From: Candidatus Lokiarchaeum ossiferum
GTDB taxonomy: Archaea; Asgardarchaeota; Lokiarchaeia; Sigyniarchaeales; Promethearchaeaceae
Direction: 5' to 3'
NCBI GenBank assembly: GCA_025839675.1
Contig: CP104013.1
Coordinates: forward strand, 5,580,001 to 5,612,000
Length of the DNA: 32,000 bases
The notes below the pieces were generated by a model. It made no database searches, was not told the origin of the DNA, and saw only the letters and a list, made by a program, of their open reading frames with translations. Made by a program: the position numbers and the translations under genes. Below, piece by piece: positions 25,872-32,000 of the stretch. The first letter of the stretch is position 1; every line of letters begins with the position of its first letter.

Positions 25872-28800
25872 TTGTTAAATTATATCGAAGATTTTGAAGA
25901 ACATTTAAAAAATCGTCAAAATAAAGCTATATCGGAATATAAGATCCTCTTTTTTATAATTTCAATTTATGATCTCCTTGGAGTTCCCCCAAAGACACTT
26001 AATAGTCGATTTATACGAAAATTGTCCCAATCTTGTAAAGGGACTGATCAGATTTATCGCCTACTCTGCCTACAATACATCGGTAATAGAGATTTGATTA
26101 ATGATGTTGAGTTATTCAAACTCCAAAAGTATCAAAAACCAAACGGCGGTTTTACCATTCAAAATTCTGCTTATGCTGATGTGAATGATACATTTTGGAT
26201 TGGATATACTTTAGAATCTTATAAATGGCTCCTTCCTTATAGGGCTGGACCATTATATTCGTTTATTGTGGCTGTTTTTAGACACGTAAATCTTTCTCAA
26301 AAAGAAAATTTTGATCAACAAATCCAATATTTGGCTCAAATGGTGGTTCTCCAGACAAATATTTTTAATAGTTTGATGAATGAAGCCGAAAAATTGATTT
26401 TTTCTAATCTTTCACCCAACGGATTGTTAGATTTGAAAATTCTATCCATTCAAGGAGGATTTTCAGGTTCCGAACAAGATATTATTCGTCATATTAACAA
26501 TAAATATCAAATCCAGTTGGATATTATGGATAATAAAATCCTTTTCCGACGATTTTTGAATAAAATTAATACATTTGAAGAAAAAATTGCTATCAAATTG
26601 AAGGATAAAATTCAAACTCACTCGCAATTAGACATAACTGAATTTCGAAAAGGATTTAATCGACGAATGGCAAAAAATTTGCGAATCAAGGATGAAGAAC
26701 TGATTAAATTGCTTCAGAGCATGATGCAAGAACACTTTTTTACTGGTAAGATAAATAAAAAGAGTCGGTTTCCATTTTCTCACAATTTTTATTTTATCCG
26801 GGAAAGTTATTTAGAATATTTAATTGTATGCAACAAACCCGTCTCTTGGGAAAATATCCGTCATGAAAAACGTCGATTAGACGAAATTTCTAAAGACATA
26901 TATAGCATGACTCGGGAAATGGAAATTTCTACCTCAAATATTATGAATGAGATTGAATCTTTGATCATTGTAGGAATTGACCCTGAATTCATTGAAGAAC
27001 GCCTAACTTTCAATATAAAGAAAACTTTGATGGATGCTTCTTTTTTCAATAAAACGATAGAATCTTTTGAATCTGAGTTTGAATTAATTAAACCTCAAGT
27101 TGCACTTGAAACCTTATTTAAAAGATGGAATTTTATATATTCATCTCTTCAAAAGAATTTTCAGAACGTAAGACGTATTTTGACAATTAAAATTGGAACT
27201 TTGCGTGAAGAAATTGATCAGCACCAGTTAACTGTGGATTTAGAAAAATTAATTTCAAACAAAATTGGTTTCTTGATGGAGCAATTTGATGGATTCGATA
27301 GAACTTTTCGAATTAAGTTGGAGAGTGAATATTCCCGAGATAATGTGAATAGACTTGAAATTTTTCTTCAAGAAATTGAAACAAGTACAGAAGATGCAGA
27401 TCACCAGGTGCGGGCTTTATCATTGCGTATATCAAGTAAAGAAAAAAATATTGCTTCTTTCCGTAAAAAAGTGATTTCCCGATGGATCTCTCAACTTGAT
27501 GAATTTAAAAACGTAATTTCTTACTATAACTTGGGAATAAGCTTGTGGAACAAGAAAATTGGTGAGATTGATATTAATTTTAACCAATTTACTTCAACTA
27601 TTGAAAAATTCAAAGATCAAATTAATCAATTTATCCAAGATCATGATTATTCTCAAGCTTTGAAGAATACAGAAACGGGATTTGTAGAAATATCTAAGAA
27701 TATTGGCAAATTTTCTAAAAATTTGAAGAAAGATATTGGAAAATATTATAAAAAAAATCGGAAACTCGCCCCCTTGATAAGAACTATCCAAAATGAATGG
27801 CTAGAAATGCAAAACATTCTGGAAGAAGACATTCAAACAACTCGAGATCAATATTCACAGTCCATACAAATGGATCTTAAAACTCATTTGCGAGAAACTT
27901 TGAATTTAAAAGTGACAAAGGTAATTACCGAAATGAGACAAGAAATCATAAAGGTCGAGAAGCAGATTAATTCTGAAATTCTTAAAGAAGGAGACTTTCC
28001 GAAATCTCAATATATTACTAAGATCCAAGACTTAAATGAAATTGTTATTGATAAATCTCAAGATGTATCGCAAGCGGTCAAGTCTGCTGTAAGTAAATAT
28101 AAAAAATTCGATTTTTCCCCCATTATTTCCAATTTTGAAAAATTCAAAATTGATTTTCTCGAAGAAATTAAGAATTTGGAGAGAAAATTTCAAGGTGATG
28201 AATTAATTTATTGCATTTTACAACATGCAAAAAATCAGAAGTTAAATTTTATCCCAATGTCGGAGATAAGTCAATTAGTTAAAACCGATGAGAAAGAACT
28301 TCTCGACCAGTTGTCATTATTAGTTACTGATGGAAGATTAAATGCGAGAATTTTCGGAGATCCTATAACTATTGAAGTTCATAATGAATCTTGGCGGAAT
28401 TATAAAAGATTAAGGGCCCACAATTTAATTCTTCTCCGTGAATTAAATTCTTCCACAAATAAAATTGAAATCTTTTTTGAAAAATCCATCCAAAGTAATG
28501 AATTTATGAGTTCTATCGTCCAAATTCGTCAACTTTGTCTGAATTTTAAACAATCTATATTCCAAACTTTAGAATCTTATGAAATTTTCATCCAAAAGAA
28601 TAATATAGATATGAAAAACACGCTGTTGGAAAAAACATATCGTGACTTTTACTTACAACTAGAGAAATTAACCCAAAGAGTTGAATCTTTTGCTAAAAAT
28701 TGTGACCTTGCAGAAAAATATCAAGATTTTCTAAATCAGAATACAATTCTACTTGAAGAGAACATCAATTCTGAAATTAGGCGTTTGCATCGTTATGTCG

Positions 28801-29867
28801 ACTCTAGGCCAAAAACTTCTTCTTCGAAACAATCTATTGAATGGTTGAACTCTCAAAAAAATGCTTTAAACAATGGAATTACTCTAATCGACAATAAAAT
28901 TGAAGAATTTGCACAACAAAATGTGATGGGTGATATCCATTTAGTGGTTCGCCATCTTGATAATTCATATCAACAACAAAAACACAATTTATTAAACGAA
29001 TATCAGAATGCTCTTGAGGACCTTCTTGAAAGAATTGCTTTACAAGAAATAAATTCAATGCAAAAGGATATGGATAAAATACTTCTCGGCCTCCAAAATT
29101 CCTTGAATGATTTTATATATAACTATGATCTTGAAATAACAAATAAAATTCGCAGCAAAGAGTTTTTGCTCGCTTCCAAAAAACTTAAGATAAGAACTCA
29201 ATTAATCGAAGAACGGGTTAAAAAAATTGAGAAAAAAATGGCAATTTCTAATAAGTCATTATCAAATAGGTCCAAAATTTTTTCAATCAAATATTCTAAT
29301 TATTATAAAGAACAATGGGAAGAATTCTTAAGTGATTTTATCAAAACTCAATTGCAAGCTAAGTTTATAGCACTTCAAACCGAAATGATTCTCCATTTCA
29401 CTTTTTTTTCTATGAAATCTCTCAAAGGTAATTATGTTCCTCTTCGAGTTTTTACAGAGGATTTGAAAATAAAGCACACGGTTGTAAAACATGCCTTAAT
29501 GACCTTGATTTCAGAAGATATTTTACCTGGAAAAGTAGATCTTTCTTATGATATATATTTTGAGGGATCTGATGAATTGGATGCTGAAACTATTGCATCA
29601 TTGGATATAATAAAAAAGACAAATGTAAAATTTTACATGGGAATTTCGCGTGTGTCAAATGTAATGAAATTATTGTATCCCTTTCTAGCGTCAATTCCTC
29701 CAATAATTACAATAATTTATCTAATTGGTGATTCTACTTCAAGAGTTCTTTGGGTTCTTGCCCCAATGCTCATTCTAATTTTTATAATCTCCGTTGTTTG
29801 GATTAAAAAGGGAAAAGACAAAGTCAAAAAAGACCAACTTTTAAGAAAGTCACGGCAACTAAATTAA
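25872..29867 (+). CDS. Giant (>=1331 aa) tail-anchored protein: prenyltransferase-like alpha/alpha repeats, ~900 aa coiled coil with embedded winged-helix-like modules, two C-terminal TM helices
   Basis: Uninterrupted 3996-nt ORF. N-terminus: YRLLCLQYIG...QKYQKPNGGFTIQNSAYADVNDTFWIGYTLESYKWL (Q-x-x-x-GGF repeat signature). Long K/E/Q/N/I-rich heptad-like region. WH-like modules, e.g. IPMSEISQLVKTDEKELLDQLSLLVTDGRLNARIFGDPITIEV (aa ~794-836) and VPLRVFTEDLKIKHTVVKHALMTLISEDILPGKVDLSYDIYFEG (aa ~1189-1232). TM helices LLYPFLASIPPIITIIYLIG and VLWVLAPMLILIFIISVVWI. In-frame ATGs also exist at 25830 and 25851. Confidence 0.7.
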   Translation: MLNYIEDFEEHLKNRQNKAISEYKILFFIISIYDLLGVPPKTLNSRFIRKLSQSCKGTDQIYRLLCLQYIGNRDLINDVELFKLQKYQKPNGGFTIQNSAYADVNDTFWIGYTLESYKWLLPYRAGPLYSFIVAVFRHVNLSQKENFDQQIQYLAQMVVLQTNIFNSLMNEAEKLIFSNLSPNGLLDLKILSIQGGFSGSEQDIIRHINNKYQIQLDIMDNKILFRRFLNKINTFEEKIAIKLKDKIQTHSQLDITEFRKGFNRRMAKNLRIKDEELIKLLQSMMQEHFFTGKINKKSRFPFSHNFYFIRESYLEYLIVCNKPVSWENIRHEKRRLDEISKDIYSMTREMEISTSNIMNEIESLIIVGIDPEFIEERLTFNIKKTLMDASFFNKTIESFESEFELIKPQVALETLFKRWNFIYSSLQKNFQNVRRILTIKIGTLREEIDQHQLTVDLEKLISNKIGFLMEQFDGFDRTFRIKLESEYSRDNVNRLEIFLQEIETSTEDADHQVRALSLRISSKEKNIASFRKKVISRWISQLDEFKNVISYYNLGISLWNKKIGEIDINFNQFTSTIEKFKDQINQFIQDHDYSQALKNTETGFVEISKNIGKFSKNLKKDIGKYYKKNRKLAPLIRTIQNEWLEMQNILEEDIQTTRDQYSQSIQMDLKTHLRETLNLKVTKVITEMRQEIIKVEKQINSEILKEGDFPKSQYITKIQDLNEIVIDKSQDVSQAVKSAVSKYKKFDFSPIISNFEKFKIDFLEEIKNLERKFQGDELIYCILQHAKNQKLNFIPMSEISQLVKTDEKELLDQLSLLVTDGRLNARIFGDPITIEVHNESWRNYKRLRAHNLILLRELNSSTNKIEIFFEKSIQSNEFMSSIVQIRQLCLNFKQSIFQTLESYEIFIQKNNIDMKNTLLEKTYRDFYLQLEKLTQRVESFAKNCDLAEKYQDFLNQNTILLEENINSEIRRLHRYVDSRPKTSSSKQSIEWLNSQKNALNNGITLIDNKIEEFAQQNVMGDIHLVVRHLDNSYQQQKHNLLNEYQNALEDLLERIALQEINSMQKDMDKILLGLQNSLNDFIYNYDLEITNKIRSKEFLLASKKLKIRTQLIEERVKKIEKKMAISNKSLSNRSKIFSIKYSNYYKEQWEEFLSDFIKTQLQAKFIALQTEMILHFTFFSMKSLKGNYVPLRVFTEDLKIKHTVVKHALMTLISEDILPGKVDLSYDIYFEGSDELDAETIASLDIIKKTNVKFYMGISRVSNVMKLLYPFLASIPPIITIIYLIGDSTSRVLWVLAPMLILIFIISVVWIKKGKDKVKKDQLLRKSRQLN

Positions 29868-29928
29868 AATAAATTTTTGAAGAGAGCATGTAAAAATATA
29901 TAGAAAAGCTAATTTAAAAATAGTTAAA

Positions 29929-31053
29929 TTAGGAAAGATTTTTCCAGTGTTGATAAAAGGAGAACATTTTAGTTAAGCGTTCATTTTCCAACGAATAATA
30001 ATTAGATCGACCTTTCTTTTGGATCATTATTAATCCGCATGTTTCCAAAATACGTAAATGGTGGGATACTGAAGCTTGTGATTTCTCTATTAAATTTTCA
30101 ATCTCTGGGATCGTACTCGGACTTTTTCGCAGAAACTCTAAAACTTTCATCCGATCGGTATTACTTAAAGCATCGAAACATTCCGGATAATTTTCAGCAT
30201 TTCTATCAGAAAGGAAATCCAAATTTTTTGTTAGAGAAAAGTGAATATATTTGCCACTTATTTTTCCAATTATGATTCCTAAATTTTCTAACGTAGTAAG
30301 ATGGTGTTTAACAGTGGTCCTAGCCTTATTTAACAAGTTTTCCAATTCATTAATCTTTCTTGGTTTTTCTTTAATATATTTTACCATGTGAAATCTATCG
30401 CTATTCCCGAGAGCATTAAACCATTTAGGGAGATTTGGATCTTGAAATAAGTCCTCAAAATCTATTTTAATTGATTTATTTAGTGAGCTGGAAAGTGAAG
30501 TTTCTGTAGAAGGACTATCAATTTGCAAAAGTTGTTTAATCTGGTCGAATTTCTTTTCACTTTTCTCAAGTCGATCTTCAGTTTCTTCGAGAACTTTTTC
30601 ATATTTCTGTTTTTCTTCTTTTTTTTTTTGGTGATTATGTAATGTTAGTTCAATTGTTGTTCGCAAATCATTCTCGTTTGTCACAGGTTTTACAATATAG
30701 CTTGAAGGCTCTGTATCTTTAGCTTTTTCAAAAGTTTTTATGTCACTGTATGCAGTAAGGAAAATTATCGGAATGTCCATCGTCATATTAATTGTTTTTG
30801 AAGCTTCAATTCCAGTCATATTGCCTCGCAACATAATATCCATCAGAATCAAATCGGGTTGGTCATTCTTTGCCTTTTGTATTGCTTCTTCACCTGTGAC
30901 TGCTATACCAATTACTTGATATCCCATTTCAGATAGCATTTCTTTAAGATCTTTACTGGTGATGAATTCATCTTCTACAATGAGAATTTTTTTTACTTCC
31001 ACATGACTAATTTTCTCATTCTTCCATAAAAATGATATGGAATTTCGTACCAA
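29929..31053 (-). CDS. Response regulator: REC domain, coiled-coil linker, two tandem ArsR-type winged-helix HTH domains
   Basis: 374-aa ORF. REC: KKILIVEDEF...PDLILMDIML...PIIFLTAYSD. K/E-rich linker. Two HTH units: ALGNSDRFHMVKYIKEKPRKINELENLLNKARTTVKHHLTTLENLGII and ALSNTDRMKVLEFLRKSPSTIPEIENLIEKSQASVSHHLRILETCGLI. An alternative GTG start at 31002 would remove the 38-nt overlap with the kinase gene. Confidence 0.85.
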   Translation of the reverse strand: MVRNSISFLWKNEKISHVEVKKILIVEDEFITSKDLKEMLSEMGYQVIGIAVTGEEAIQKAKNDQPDLILMDIMLRGNMTGIEASKTINMTMDIPIIFLTAYSDIKTFEKAKDTEPSSYIVKPVTNENDLRTTIELTLHNHQKKKEEKQKYEKVLEETEDRLEKSEKKFDQIKQLLQIDSPSTETSLSSSLNKSIKIDFEDLFQDPNLPKWFNALGNSDRFHMVKYIKEKPRKINELENLLNKARTTVKHHLTTLENLGIIIGKISGKYIHFSLTKNLDFLSDRNAENYPECFDALSNTDRMKVLEFLRKSPSTIPEIENLIEKSQASVSHHLRILETCGLIMIQKKGRSNYYSLENERLTKMFSFYQHWKNLS

Positions 31054-32000
31054 AATTTCGATATACTTTTATCGTTCCACCTAGTTGTTTTGCTAAACCT
31101 ATAATTAATTGAAGACCTAGAGTTTCAGTTTTTTCTAAATTGATCTCCTTCGGTATCCCTATTCCTGTATCTCCGGCAATTAATTCAATTTTATTGTCGG
31201 TTCTCTTCTTTGCTTTGATAAAGATGGTTCCTCTACTCTTTTCTGGGAAAGCATACTTCAATGCATTCGAAATAATTTCATTTATGATCAACCCGCAACT
31301 AATCGCTTGATCTAAATTTAGTTCGAAATCATCAATATCTATCTCTAAATGGATTAATTCGGGTGATTTTTGATAAGTTCTAAATAAATTTGAGACTAAA
31401 TTTTGGATATAATTACCAAAATCCAGTTTTCCCAGATCATCCGATCTATACAATGTTTCATGAATAAGTGACATCGTTTTGACTCGATTTTGAAAATCTA
31501 TATTTATTTGAAGGGTTTTATCATCAGAGATTTTAGGTTTTTGTAAACGGATTAGGCTTGAAATAATTTGTAAATTATTTTTAACTCTGTGATGAATTTC
31601 TTTTAAGAGTACATCTTTTTCTTGCAAAGATTTTTTTAAATCGTTTTGTTCTTTCTCTAATAGGATTTCATATTTTCGTCTTTGAGTGATATCAATTCCA
31701 TATCCAACAAAAAAATCTAATTCATTTTCATCATTAAAAATTGGTTGTCCATGCCATTCGGTCAGATATTTTTTTCCATCTTTTGAGATGATGTAATTCT
31801 CACTCAAAGTTGGGTTAGGATGATTTATCATATTCTCAAAAATTTTACTGACATATTGTTGCTCTTCTTTAGGTATAAAATTTTGTAAATAATTTTTTCC
31901 AACAACCTCTTCCAACTTATACTTCAATGTTTCCCTCATTTTTCTATTCATCATGATAGTTTTTCCTTCTTTATTAATTGCAACAAAAAAGGCTGGAGAT
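31016..32000 (-). CDS. PAS-domain sensor histidine kinase (HisKA_2 + HATPase_c), 5' end outside the window
   Basis: EIHHRVKNNLQIISSLIRLQ is the HisKA_2 H-box. ATPase motifs: IINEIISNALKYAF (N box), GDTGIGIP (G1), GLQLIIGLAKQLGG (G2). The PAS-like segment begins before the listed ATG: the frame stays open to the window edge (...SPAFFVAINKEGKTIMMNRK...), so the gene is probably longer than the 312-aa ORF. Confidence 0.85.
   Translation of the reverse strand, partial: SPAFFVAINKEGKTIMMNRKMRETLKYKLEEVVGKNYLQNFIPKEEQQYVSKIFENMINHPNPTLSENYIISKDGKKYLTEWHGQPIFNDENELDFFVGYGIDITQRRKYEILLEKEQNDLKKSLQEKDVLLKEIHHRVKNNLQIISSLIRLQKPKISDDKTLQINIDFQNRVKTMSLIHETLYRSDDLGKLDFGNYIQNLVSNLFRTYQKSPELIHLEIDIDDFELNLDQAISCGLIINEIISNALKYAFPEKSRGTIFIKAKKRTDNKIELIAGDTGIGIPKEINLEKTETLGLQLIIGLAKQLGGTIKVYRNFGTKFHIIFMEE

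Noticed and set aside
1-32000. Search for CRISPR arrays, tRNA/rRNA genes, transposases or integrases, and recognisable defence-system genes
   Set aside because: I found no regularly spaced direct repeats other than the coding 36-nt array. There are no GC-rich tRNA- or rRNA-like islands, and no DDE, tyrosine or serine recombinase motifs in any ORF. No recognisable nuclease/ATPase defence signatures are present. The EEP protein is membrane-anchored and stands alone.

Overview
Strongly AT-rich, gene-dense segment that looks archaeal and chromosomal. Several products point to an Asgard (Lokiarchaeia-like) genome: an EAP30/ESCRT-II-type winged helix, a longin/roadblock-like protein, an SCP2-like protein, a flotillin and a giant coiled-coil protein. 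That assignment is inference from motifs only. All homology calls come from reading the ORF translations by eye; no searches were run.

Motif-supported genes:
- iorAB (indolepyruvate:ferredoxin oxidoreductase)
- a geranylgeranyl-reductase-family flavoprotein and a dolichol-kinase/CdsA-family membrane enzyme
- an LctP lactate permease
- a SAM methyltransferase and an AlkZ/YcaQ-like winged-helix protein
- a flotillin, an EamA transporter and a membrane-anchored EEP phosphoesterase
- a PUA-NSUN RNA m5C methyltransferase and a CBS-pair protein
- a PAS histidine kinase with a REC-2xHTH response regulator

I found no rRNA, tRNA, CRISPR array, transposase or integrase.

Most interesting observations:
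1. A flotillin gene is followed by a soluble NfeD-like OB domain fused to an ESCRT-II-type (EAP30) tandem winged helix.
2. A membrane-anchored protein of at least 1331 aa combines prenyltransferase-like alpha/alpha repeats, about 900 aa of coiled coil and PCI/ESCRT-II-like winged-helix modules. Its 5' end is broken by two opposite 1-nt frame changes and has no start codon.
3. A 2.5-kb two-gene cassette (wHTH regulator plus beta-helix membrane protein with one in-frame TAA) is bracketed by a 13-nt direct repeat and by a duplicated, about 89% identical 3' end of the AlkZ-like gene.
4. A TM/zinc-ribbon protein carries 7 tandem 12-aa PKPTTNPIFDHT repeats.
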